A stretch of DNA of 19,970 bases from NCBI GenBank assembly GCA_048882325.1, contig JBHLRS010000028.1:21679-41648 (forward strand), in the 5' to 3' direction. Below, piece after piece: positions 7,495 through 15,973 of this stretch. The stretch is from Candidatus Thorarchaeota archaeon. GTDB lineage: Archaea > Asgardarchaeota > Thorarchaeia > Thorarchaeales > Thorarchaeaceae. Both the position numbers and the translations under genes were made by a program. How positions within the stretch are numbered: the first letter of the stretch is position 1; every line of letters starts with the position of its first letter. The notes beneath the pieces are model-generated. The model was not told the DNA's origin. It saw only the letters and a list, made by a program, of their open reading frames with translations, and searched no databases.

Positions 7495-8469
7495 CTACAC
7501 GATATCCCGAATTGCCTGAGTAATGCGTTTGTTATCTGGAATGAAATACTGTTCAAGCGGTGGACTGAATGGGACTGGCGTGTCAGGAGCATTGATCCTT
7601 TTGATGGGTGCATCTAGCCAGTCGAATGCCTCCTCCTGAACTATGGCTGCAACCTCAGCAGTTGTTGCTCCAGTCTTGGTCTCTTCAGTCACAAGCACTA
7701 GTCTTCCTGTCTTCTTTACAGACTCAATCAGGGTCTTTATGTCCAAAGGTGCTAGAGTTCGTGGATCAATGACCTCTACGCTGATTCCCTCCTTTGCAAG
7801 CTCGTCAGCCACCTCTAGGGCTTTGTGAAGCATGAAGAAGGTTCCCCAGACAGTCACATCTGCTCCCTCTCTTCTCACTTTTGCCTGCCCAAAGGGAATT
7901 GTGTACTCCTCTTCTGGCACCTCTTCCTTCTTGTCATAGACGAGTTTGTGCTCAAAGAACATCACTGGATCAGGGTCTCTGATTGCGGTCTTGATGAGTC
8001 CCTTCACATCATAGGCAAAAGATGGGACTGCAATCTTGAGACCGGGAGTGTGCATGAACCATGACTCAAGGCTTTGCGAGTGGTGCGATGCTATGTTCTT
8101 TCCACCACCAAACACACTTCGAAGTACCATTGGTACTGAGGTCTGACCACCAAACATGTAACGCATCTTTGCAGCTTGGTTACAGACCTGATCCATGGCA
8201 AGGGTGATGAGGTCTCCAAACATAATCTCTGCGACAGGAATCATTCCCGTGATTGCTGCTCCGACTGCTGCACCAGCAATGGTGTTCTCAGATATTGGAG
8301 TGTCCCGCACTCTTGCTTCACCGAACTCCTCTGCGAGACCTTTGGTGACCTTGAAGGCGCCTCCCCAATTAAGTCCAACATCTTCACCCATTATGAACAC
8401 ACGCTCGTCACGTAGCATCTCTTCACGGAGCCCAGCCTTGAGTGCTTCTCTATAGGTCATTTCGGCCAT
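7495..8469 (-). CDS. 2-oxoacid/acetoin dehydrogenase E1 beta subunit (AcoB/PdhB family)
   Basis: GEDVG..GG.FKVTKGL, RVRDTPISE, AEIMFGD, HHSQSLE, EVIDPRTL.PLD. Confidence 0.95.
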   Translation of the reverse strand: MAEMTYREALKAGLREEMLRDERVFIMGEDVGLNWGGAFKVTKGLAEEFGEARVRDTPISENTIAGAAVGAAITGMIPVAEIMFGDLITLAMDQVCNQAAKMRYMFGGQTSVPMVLRSVFGGGKNIASHHSQSLESWFMHTPGLKIAVPSFAYDVKGLIKTAIRDPDPVMFFEHKLVYDKKEEVPEEEYTIPFGQAKVRREGADVTVWGTFFMLHKALEVADELAKEGISVEVIDPRTLAPLDIKTLIESVKKTGRLVLVTEETKTGATTAEVAAIVQEEAFDWLDAPIKRINAPDTPVPFSPPLEQYFIPDNKRITQAIRDIV

Positions 8470-9441
8470 TCAGAGCACCTCCGCGAAGACATCATCAAGA
8501 GTTTCCTCTGGTCTTGGATACTCAGACTTCTTGGCAAATTCACTTGCCTTCTCTACATCCTTGGATATCTTTTTCTCAATCTTTTCTGCTTCGTTCTCAG
8601 TCAGTGCTCCCTGCTCAATGGCAATCTCTCTGATGACCTTGACTGCATCTCGCTCTTCACTCAACCAGTGGTTAGCTTCCTCTTCTGGTCTATATTTCGC
8701 CTGGTCAAATCTGGAGTGTCCACGCATCCTATAGGTTTGACATTCAATCAGGGTTGGGCCTTCTCCAGCTCGAGCGCGTTTTACAGCTTCTACTGTGGCT
8801 TCGTATACCTTGAGAGCATTGTTTCCATCAACCACAACATTCGGAATACAATAGCCATCTGCACGCTGCGCAATGTTCGCACTTGGACACATCATTTTGA
8901 TCGGCGTTCCCATCGCATACAAGTTGTTCTCAACGACCCAGATAAGGGGGAGTTTCCAGATTGCTGACATGTTAAGTGACTCACCAAAGGTGCCATTATT
9001 CGATGCACCGTCTCCAAAGAAACATGCAACGACATCATTGGTACCTCTCATTTGGCATGAAAGTGCAGCACCAACTGCAATCGGGAGACCTGAGGCAACT
9101 ACTCCTGTGGCTCCAAGCACACCGACATCAAACTCAGTAATGTGCATAGAACCACCCTTGCCCTTGCACGAGCCACCTGATTTTCCAAGTAACTCCGCTA
9201 AGGCCGCATTCATGTCAGCCCCTTTTGCTACAACATGTCCATGGCCTCTATGGGTGCTCTGAATCCAATCAGTCTTCTTCAGTGCTGTAGTAACACCTGC
9301 TGCAACTGCTTCCTGTCCCAAGTACAGATGCAATGTTCCAGGCACCAGGTTCTCACCGAAAAGATCCCAGACCTTTTCCTCAAACCTACGCACTTTCAGT
9401 GTTCTTGTGTAGAGCTCCTTTAGCGTCTTCTTATCTACCAT
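8470..9441 (-). CDS. TPP-dependent 2-oxoacid/acetoin dehydrogenase E1 alpha subunit (AcoA/PdhA family)
   Basis: HLYLGQEAVA, STHRGHGH, GKGGSMH, TPP motif GDGA...ENN, TYR..GHS..D...YR. Confidence 0.95.
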   Translation of the reverse strand: MVDKKTLKELYTRTLKVRRFEEKVWDLFGENLVPGTLHLYLGQEAVAAGVTTALKKTDWIQSTHRGHGHVVAKGADMNAALAELLGKSGGSCKGKGGSMHITEFDVGVLGATGVVASGLPIAVGAALSCQMRGTNDVVACFFGDGASNNGTFGESLNMSAIWKLPLIWVVENNLYAMGTPIKMMCPSANIAQRADGYCIPNVVVDGNNALKVYEATVEAVKRARAGEGPTLIECQTYRMRGHSRFDQAKYRPEEEANHWLSEERDAVKVIREIAIEQGALTENEAEKIEKKISKDVEKASEFAKKSEYPRPEETLDDVFAEVL

Positions 9442-9557
9442 TTATCAATCAACAACCTTGTCTGACTAAGAGCTTCTGGCGCCTTCGGAGGGTTTATTCT
9501 GATAAAGGCTTCGAAGTGACAGAATGTAATACGCAGGTAGGACATCTCTGCTTGATT

Positions 9558-9600
9558 TGCGTCAATACGCACTCTTATTTCAAAGTGTATTCGGATACAC
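9558..9600. promoter_or_regulatory. Two related palindromes (TGYRT-N4-AYRCA), candidate transcription-factor operators in the divergent E1alpha/fwdD intergenic region
   Basis: TGCGT-caat-ACGCA at 9558-9571 and GTGTAT-tcgg-ATACAC at 9585-9600. Confidence 0.35.
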
Positions 9601-9798
9601 ATTAAAAGTAAATACCCCCTCTTTCACTGTAGATTGGTAGGGATTAGGAGAAAAATAGTTGCGCTATGGATGACAATCTGAATGGATTGGATCGCCTCCT
9701 CTTCCCTACTTCATCTTCCTTTTTCATCATTCATTTTTCCCCAAGAATTCATATTGCGGTTTGACAAGGCAAGAAACACATTTTCGGAGATGTCTTGG

Positions 9799-10200
9799 AT
9801 GAGTCATGTGGGAGTCAAAACCCTACTAACCTCTGGACGAACCCTCAAACAGGGTCGCGCAATGGAGATGGGTAAGCTGGGTCCTGAATATCTCAAGGAA
9901 GTTGCTTTCTGTGAGATGGACAAAGCCACCCTCGAAGCATTAGGATTAGAAGAAGGACAACCAGTCCGTGTTGAGACTATACACGGGAGTGTTGTGGTTT
10001 CAAGCAAGCTTGATCGAAGAGCTGAGCCTGGAGTTGTGTTCATTCCTTGTGGACCTTATGCTAATGCTGTAACTGGGTCTGACACCGAAGGAACTGGTAT
10101 GCCTGATTTCAAGAGCGTTCCTGCACAACTCTTTGCTGCTAAGGGAGAAAGTGTACTTGATGTAGAGCAACTCTTGAAGCAAATGGTGGAGGGAGCATAA
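9799..10200 (+). CDS. fwdD: Formylmethanofuran dehydrogenase subunit D (molybdopterin dinucleotide-binding domain)
   Basis: LTSGRTLKQG...K....Y, V.VET.HGSVVV, GVVFIPCGPYANAV..SDT.GTGMPDFK; start likely ATG 9799 (GGAGA RBS) or 9790, not 9682. Confidence 0.92.
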   Translation: MSHVGVKTLLTSGRTLKQGRAMEMGKLGPEYLKEVAFCEMDKATLEALGLEEGQPVRVETIHGSVVVSSKLDRRAEPGVVFIPCGPYANAVTGSDTEGTGMPDFKSVPAQLFAAKGESVLDVEQLLKQMVEGA

Positions 10201-11477
10201 TGACTGAAGATTCTGGAATGAAGGAGCATATTGTATGTCCTTTCTGTGGATGCTTATGTGATGACATAGGAATCAGTGTTGAAGGGAATAAGGTCATAGA
10301 CAACAAGAACGGTTGTTCGATCAGTCAAGCCAAGTTCTTGAACCATCATGACGATCGACTAGAGATGACTGCCTCTCTTGAAGAATTGGTCAAGAAAGCA
10401 GCAGAAATCATTGTCAGTTCAAAGCGTCTGTTGGTCTATGGATTAAGTTCCACAGAAAATGACGCCCACAGAGAGGCTTACAAGATTGCCGAGGAAGCTG
10501 GTGGGGTTGTTGACAACACATCATCAGTCTGTCATGGACCCACGATTCTGGGTGCTCAGGAGTCTGGAGAGTCAATCGCAGCTCTCGCAGAGACACGACA
10601 TAGGGCTGATGTCATCATCTATTGGGGATCTAACCCACAGTTTGCTCATCCTCGACACATGAGTCGCTATACAAGAGCAGATGGTCGGTATATCAAGGAT
10701 GGAAAGAAAGACCGTCAGATTTGGGTGATAGATGTCCGAAAAACAATCAGTGCAGGTGTTGCTGACAAATTCATTAAAATCAATCCCGGTTCAGACTTAG
10801 AGGTGATTTCAGCTCTTCGTGCTATCGCTCGGGGAAAGGTCCTTGAAGTTGAAGAAGTGGGTGGACTACCAATCGGTGAACTCACAGAGCTTGTTGAAGC
10901 GATGAAGAATGCCAAGTATGGCGTCCTCTTCTTTGGCCTTGGTCTGACACAGTCCAAGGGACGCCACAGGAATATCGATGCGGCTATCCGCTTGATTCAG
11001 GACATGAACCACTATACAAAGTGGGGCATGATGCCCATGCGCGGCCACTATAATGTAGCTGGCGCAAACAAGACATCAACATGGCAGACAGGTTATCCAT
11101 ATGCAGTAGACTATGCTCGTGGGTATCCCAGGTATCAACCAGGTGAATATACTGCAGTCGACATGCTTGTGAGAGGAGAGGCTGATGCCCTTCTCAACAT
11201 CGCAGCTGATCCTGCCGCACACTTTCCGAAGGAGGCTGTGAAACACATGGGGAAGATTCCCATCATCAATATCGACCCCAAGAGAAACATGACCTCACTC
11301 CTTGCAAAGGTCAATATTCAAACAGCCATAGCAGGAATTGAAAGCGATGGGGCAGCTACGCGAATGGATGGACTGCCATTATACCTCAAGAAAGTGGTTG
11401 ACCCACCTGAAGGCATTCTCCCTGACAGAGATGTATTGAGAATGATCTATGATGAAGTAAGGAGGATGAAGAAATGA
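10200..11477 (+). CDS. fwdB: Formylmethanofuran dehydrogenase subunit B (Mo/W-pterin catalytic subunit, Cys form)
   Basis: CPFCGCLCDD [4Fe-4S] motif, DNTSSVCHGP metal-ligand Cys, WGSNP..AHPRHMSRY, MRGHYNV.G, WQTGYPYAVD, RMDG.P; TAATG overlap with fwdD. Confidence 0.95.
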   Translation: MTEDSGMKEHIVCPFCGCLCDDIGISVEGNKVIDNKNGCSISQAKFLNHHDDRLEMTASLEELVKKAAEIIVSSKRLLVYGLSSTENDAHREAYKIAEEAGGVVDNTSSVCHGPTILGAQESGESIAALAETRHRADVIIYWGSNPQFAHPRHMSRYTRADGRYIKDGKKDRQIWVIDVRKTISAGVADKFIKINPGSDLEVISALRAIARGKVLEVEEVGGLPIGELTELVEAMKNAKYGVLFFGLGLTQSKGRHRNIDAAIRLIQDMNHYTKWGMMPMRGHYNVAGANKTSTWQTGYPYAVDYARGYPRYQPGEYTAVDMLVRGEADALLNIAADPAAHFPKEAVKHMGKIPIINIDPKRNMTSLLAKVNIQTAIAGIESDGAATRMDGLPLYLKKVVDPPEGILPDRDVLRMIYDEVRRMKK

Positions 11478-13216
11478 GTAAGCCGATAATTCTCACAAAT
11501 GGTCGGGTCTATGACCCTATGAATGGCATCGACGGAGAGATTAAGGACATCTGTATCTCGGATGGGAAGATTGTTGACAAAGTAAATGGGTCATCTAAAA
11601 CCATCGATCTCAAGGGCCGGCTGGTTATGGCGGGAGGGGTTGACATGCATTCCCATATTGTCGGGAGCAAGGTGGGAGTTGGAAGAGCAACTTGTCCCGA
11701 GGACCACAGAAAAGATCCTGTTCCTAAGACAGAGTACACTCGTGGTGGAGTCGGTTACACAATGCCCAATTCATACGTCACGGGGTATCGATATTCTGCT
11801 ATGGGATACACGACAGTCATAGAGCCAGCTCTGCCAGCACTCAAAGCTCTAGGGTCTTGGGAAGAAATGGAGGATCTGCACAATCTAGATTCGGGACTTC
11901 TTCCTATGTTTTGCAACAGTATGATCACATTCCACTACGTGAAAGAGAAAGACATCAGTGGACTTGCTGCCTATATTGCTTGGGTAAACCGGAAGGTAGG
12001 AGGTCTAGGTTGCAAAGTCGTGAACCCCGGTGGCACATATGCATGGGCTCATGGGGAAAACCTCAGGGACCCCGAAGGGGAGATTCCAGGTTGGGATATT
12101 TCACCAAAGGATGTAATGCGAGGTCTGTGTCAAGCAGTTGAATCACTAGGACTCCCTCATGTGATGCATTATCATCCTAACAATCTAGGGCGTGTTGGAA
12201 ATATCGCGACCACTATCCAACAGCTTGATTCGATTAGAGATATCAAAGGCTTTGGCGGGCGAAAGAACATTTGCCATCTCACACACATGTCCTTTGAAAC
12301 ACTGGGAAGTGTGGAAGAGAACAGCGAGGAATGGAAGGATATCCAATCCGGGGGTCTAGAGTTTGCGAAGTATTTCAACAAGAACAAACACTTCACTGCT
12401 GATATGGGTCAGATTACATTTGGCCCAGCCACTACAATGACTGGCGATGGTCCATTCGAGTTCTATCTCTATCAGCTCACTGGTGGAAAGTGGGTGAATA
12501 TTGCAGTGGACGTAGAACTCCCAGGAGGCGCTGGAATAGTCCCCTACACCTACTCACCAAAGGCTGCTGGAAACTCTGTTCAATGGGCAATACCACTTGA
12601 ATTCGCATTGAGTGTTGATGATGTCTGGCGGTGTATCATGAGTACGGATCACCCAAATGCTGGACCATTCACGAAATATCCCCTCGTCATGTCCTGGTTG
12701 ATGAGCAAGAAGCAACGAGATATCTGGATGGAGGACATGCACAAGTTTGCACATGAGAGAACTGTGCTCCCAACTATTGAACGTGAATGGAGTCTTTACG
12801 AAATAGCGATTTCAACAAGAGCGGCTCCAGCAAAGATTATGGGTATTGAATCTGCGAAAGGCCATCTCGGTCTTGGTGCTGACGCTGATGTTTCTGTCTA
12901 TGATGTGGATCCTACGAAAGTAGACCTGGCTAAGAATCCTGAACGTATCATCAAGACCTTCTCAGAGTCCTATCTAACATTCCTACGAGGTCAACAGGTT
13001 TCCAAGAAGGGTAAAGTGAAAGGTACTGAGGAAAGAAAAGTCTGGACCATTCACCCAGAACTGAACGAGGACCTTTGGGGCCGAATAAATAAAGAACTAG
13101 AGGTCATGATGAACGATTGGTACTCTCACTCATTCTACAACTATCCAGTTCCAGAACGGTATCGTGCACATCTGGAAGAGAAGATGCCAGTTGATTCGAC
13201 AAAAGTACCGGCCTAA
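11474..13216 (+). CDS. fwdA: Formylmethanofuran dehydrogenase subunit A (amidohydrolase)
   Basis: GGVDMHSH, KVVNPGG, H.H.NNLG, HLTH, DMGQI.FG..TTMT.DGP, STDHPNAGPF, GHLG.GADAD; ATGA overlap with fwdB. Confidence 0.95.
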   Translation: MSKPIILTNGRVYDPMNGIDGEIKDICISDGKIVDKVNGSSKTIDLKGRLVMAGGVDMHSHIVGSKVGVGRATCPEDHRKDPVPKTEYTRGGVGYTMPNSYVTGYRYSAMGYTTVIEPALPALKALGSWEEMEDLHNLDSGLLPMFCNSMITFHYVKEKDISGLAAYIAWVNRKVGGLGCKVVNPGGTYAWAHGENLRDPEGEIPGWDISPKDVMRGLCQAVESLGLPHVMHYHPNNLGRVGNIATTIQQLDSIRDIKGFGGRKNICHLTHMSFETLGSVEENSEEWKDIQSGGLEFAKYFNKNKHFTADMGQITFGPATTMTGDGPFEFYLYQLTGGKWVNIAVDVELPGGAGIVPYTYSPKAAGNSVQWAIPLEFALSVDDVWRCIMSTDHPNAGPFTKYPLVMSWLMSKKQRDIWMEDMHKFAHERTVLPTIEREWSLYEIAISTRAAPAKIMGIESAKGHLGLGADADVSVYDVDPTKVDLAKNPERIIKTFSESYLTFLRGQQVSKKGKVKGTEERKVWTIHPELNEDLWGRINKELEVMMNDWYSHSFYNYPVPERYRAHLEEKMPVDSTKVPA

Positions 13217-14004
13217 TGGCTGGTGTCTGCATGTCTTCAGACTGGCCCTTTGAGGACTTGGAGTCCGGATATGAAGGAGTGGGTCCGTTCTATGACCTAT
13301 TCGCAGACAACTCAGATCTCCCATTCTTTCTAGAATACGCTAGAAAAATGGGATCCCCAATTCTCGACTTAGCTGCAGGAACTTGTAGAGTTACTCTTTC
13401 CCTCGCCCTTGAAGGATTCGAAATTGTGGCAATGGAAAAGTCTGAATCAATGCTAGCAGCCGCTAGGAAGAAGCTAGAAGATGTTCCTAATGAGGTTGCT
13501 AGTAGAATAGAACTGATTAGAGGGACAATGAGAGAGTTCTTTTTGAACCAAAAATTCCCTCTCATCATAGTACCCAATTCGTTTGGTCATCTTCTCACAA
13601 ATGAGGATCAACTCTCAATGCTGTCTTGTGTGCGTGAGCACCTCACTGATGATGGACTCTTCATCCTTGACCTCTACCCAGGTGAACATCAATACGAACA
13701 AGCTGAGTTTGTAGATGCTCCCTCCGAGTTACCAGATGGACGAACTGTGACAAGATATGGAAAAATCACCTCTGATTTCGAGAGGAAACTTATGCGAGTT
13801 GATCTACGGTACGTTGTTGAGGATTCTGATGGCACTATAATCCAAGAGACAAATGTCGTGTCCGGCGCAGCTCTGATCTTCAAGCATGACATCGACAATC
13901 TAATCCTGAAGTCGGGTTTTAAGATAGTGGATGAATTCGGTGATTTCGAGATGCATCCATATACAATGGACTCTGGTCGCAGGATATTCATTCTTAAAAA
14001 ATAG
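13216..14004 (+). CDS. Class I SAM-dependent methyltransferase
   Basis: Motif I ILDLAAGTCRV, acidic residue after beta-2 (AMEKSESML), F..IIVP.SF.HL, L..V.EHL..DG.FILD; TAATG overlap with the fwdA stop (alternative start 13231). Confidence 0.88.
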   Translation: MAGVCMSSDWPFEDLESGYEGVGPFYDLFADNSDLPFFLEYARKMGSPILDLAAGTCRVTLSLALEGFEIVAMEKSESMLAAARKKLEDVPNEVASRIELIRGTMREFFLNQKFPLIIVPNSFGHLLTNEDQLSMLSCVREHLTDDGLFILDLYPGEHQYEQAEFVDAPSELPDGRTVTRYGKITSDFERKLMRVDLRYVVEDSDGTIIQETNVVSGAALIFKHDIDNLILKSGFKIVDEFGDFEMHPYTMDSGRRIFILKK

Positions 14005-14010
14005 ACTTGG

Positions 14011-14037
14011 AGAGAGGCTGAACTTTCACCCCTCTCT
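14011..14037. terminator. Hairpin between convergent genes (possibly bidirectional terminator)
   Basis: AGAGAGG (14011-14017) and CCTCTCT (14031-14037) form a perfect 7-bp inverted repeat. Confidence 0.45.
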
Positions 14038-14067
14038 ACAATGAACTCAAGGTAAAGGCTATCCCGA

Positions 14068-15390
14068 CTATGGCTCAGGGGGTTCAGGGGGTTCAGGAGG
14101 TTCAGGAGGTTCAGGAGAGTCGAGGGCTCTGGACCTTTTCCTGGGAGCCTCAGCGAGTGGTTCAGGAGGAGGTAGTTGGTCTACCTTCTTGGGCTCCTCT
14201 CTGAATGTGACCCCATCTTCAGCTTCTAAGCTGTCAGTGTAGAGTACCTCGCCTTCTACATACGCATCTCTTTCAATATAGATAGTCTTTCCATAAAGAT
14301 TGGCCACGCGTGCGTGTTCCTCTATCCTAATATCATTTCCATAGAGTGAGTCTGTTCTTGCACGTTCACGAATAAGAATCTCATTTGACTCAACAAAGCC
14401 TCTGACCTCGGATCTTTTGCCAATCCGGAAACCATCAGTAGCTTTGATGTAGTCTGCGCGAATTTCACCCCCGACAATGATTCGGTATGTGTCAATACGT
14501 CCCTCAGCTCGAACAGTGCCGCCAACCTTGATTTTTCCATCACTTTTCAGATTTCCACCTACAGCGACAGTACCACCAACAGTGAGACCTTCAGTGACCT
14601 CTAGGTTTCCATCAGTCTTTACAGTTCCTCCAACATCAATTGTCCGACCGGTTGCGTCACCAGCAATCTTCACTGTTCCACCAACATTGATCTCTCCAAA
14701 CTCGAACTCTCCGTCTGCTTTGAAGGTGCCACCAATATCAACTGTGGATACTTTAGAACCTGGTCCAACCTTAGCTGTTCCTCCAACATCCAAGTCCTCA
14801 ATCTCAATCGATTCCTCTGCCTTGAAACTTCCACCAACTGATACTTTCTTGATGAAACCGCGCACGGTCTTTCCAGAACCGCCTGCATCGAATTCCTCAG
14901 CTTGGATTTTTCCTAGGATGCCAACAGAACCGCCACCAGAAACACGCTCGACATCCACATTTCCTTCTATCTTAACCGAGCCACCACCGGTGAGTCTTTG
15001 GGCTTTTGCATCTCCAACAACTTTGATTGAGCCACCTGCCTTTGCAGCGATACACTCAAGGTTTCCTCCTACCTTAAACGCACCGCCAACACGGACCTCA
15101 CGAGCATTTGCATCTCCATGAACAACAAAATTGCCTCGTGGAATATCGACAGATTTTTCCACCGTCAAATTTCCTTCCACTGTTATCTGATCTCTGCTCT
15201 TAGACTCAATTCTGCCACACTGCAGTGATCCTTCAATATCTAGTTCATCGATGATTCGAAGTGTTCCTGTAATCACGATTGTGTCGCCCTCAGAAGGCGC
15301 GAGAGTCCTGCAGTTCCGGACCTCGACATCACCGTCAACCTTTCCGAGTTTGACCAAATCTTCGTTTTTGAATGATAATTTCTCAGCCAT
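14068..15390 (-). CDS. Large beta-helical repeat protein, bactofilin / polymer-forming cytoskeletal family-like, with Pro-Glu-rich tail
   Basis: About 13 tandem 16-18-aa repeats [x-I/V-x-V-G-G-T/S-V/F-K-x-x-G-x-hydrophobic]; ATG 15390 with GGTGA RBS (GTG 15402 alternative); ends in (PEP)5. Confidence 0.7.
   Translation of the reverse strand: MAEKLSFKNEDLVKLGKVDGDVEVRNCRTLAPSEGDTIVITGTLRIIDELDIEGSLQCGRIESKSRDQITVEGNLTVEKSVDIPRGNFVVHGDANAREVRVGGAFKVGGNLECIAAKAGGSIKVVGDAKAQRLTGGGSVKIEGNVDVERVSGGGSVGILGKIQAEEFDAGGSGKTVRGFIKKVSVGGSFKAEESIEIEDLDVGGTAKVGPGSKVSTVDIGGTFKADGEFEFGEINVGGTVKIAGDATGRTIDVGGTVKTDGNLEVTEGLTVGGTVAVGGNLKSDGKIKVGGTVRAEGRIDTYRIIVGGEIRADYIKATDGFRIGKRSEVRGFVESNEILIRERARTDSLYGNDIRIEEHARVANLYGKTIYIERDAYVEGEVLYTDSLEAEDGVTFREEPKKVDQLPPPEPLAEAPRKRSRALDSPEPPEPPEPPEPPEP
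14072..14116 (-). repeat. 9-bp tandem repeat x5 encoding (PEP)5
   Basis: Plus strand: ggctcaggg ggttcaggg ggttcagga ggttcagga ggttcagga. Confidence 0.9.
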
Positions 15391-15437
15391 CTTGGCCTTC
15401 ACCTTGTGTTGTTCTACGTAAACTCACTAATTTTCTG

Positions 15438-15445
15438 TATATAAA
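15438..15445 (-). promoter_or_regulatory. Archaeal TATA box for the beta-helix gene
   Basis: Minus-strand TTTATATA about 48 nt upstream of the ATG at 15390. Confidence 0.6.
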
Positions 15446-15504
15446 GCGGGGCCACAAATTAGGGTCACAACATGTTACTATCCTGCTTTCTCCTAACACT
15501 GCCC

Positions 15505-15837
15505 TCACATTCCAATAATTGGCTCCGGGATTGGAATTCCTACAAGACCTGCAAGTCGTTTGTATAGCTCCAAGTATTGATGTCCTCTGACAGTGACCTT
15601 GAAGACAGTCATACCGTCATCATCCTCTTCTTCGAGTAGGCCTCTCTCTACAAGTTCAGTGATTGATTCCTTCGCTCTATCCACTGGCATGTTTGTCGAA
15701 CGAGCTGCCCGTGTCAATGGACAGAACCCCCAGATGTAGATCACTCGAAGTAGCTCCGCATAGATGTCATATCGAGTCCGCTTCTGAAGCTCCCTTCTCT
15801 TCTTCTTCTTCTTCTTCGGTGCTGGTTCTTCTGACAT
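15505..15837 (-). CDS. Winged helix-turn-helix transcriptional regulator (archaeal HTH_45/ArsR-like) with polybasic N-terminus
   Basis: KRTRYDIYAELL...LTRAARSTNM......I.ELVERGLL.......FKVT.RG..YL; likely start MSEEP at 15837; (AAG)6 run encodes K6. Confidence 0.85.
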   Translation of the reverse strand: MSEEPAPKKKKKKRRELQKRTRYDIYAELLRVIYIWGFCPLTRAARSTNMPVDRAKESITELVERGLLEEEDDDGMTVFKVTVRGHQYLELYKRLAGLVGIPIPEPIIGM

Positions 15838-15973
15838 CCCGTAGGCCTCAACTTGGACCTGCGCGAAATAAGTTAAGAATGTAATGTAGTCGGCGAGAAT
15901 TTCTATCACACGTCTGGACAAGCAATCCTTATGACTCAGGAATCATGCAATGAGTCAACGAGTCTGAACTAAG

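Noticed and set aside
9682-9798. N-terminal extension of FwdD given in the ORF track
   Set aside because: Low-complexity Phe/Ser-rich translation of promoter-like DNA; FwdD similarity and an RBS begin at about 9790-9799.
10200-11477. Selenocysteine-containing FwdB (FwuB) or a cofactor-less FhcB
   Set aside because: The active-site codon is TGT (Cys) in SVCHG, the frame has no internal TGA, and the [4Fe-4S] motif is intact.
14072-14116. CRISPR-like or mobile-element repeat
   Set aside because: Spacer-less 9-bp in-frame coding repeat; no cas, transposase or integrase genes are in the window.
14068-15390. Beta-helix protein as the missing FwdC
   Set aside because: It is on the opposite strand with its own promoter, is much longer than FwdC, and lacks the GXGXG/G..M.GG.I.V.G repeat signature.
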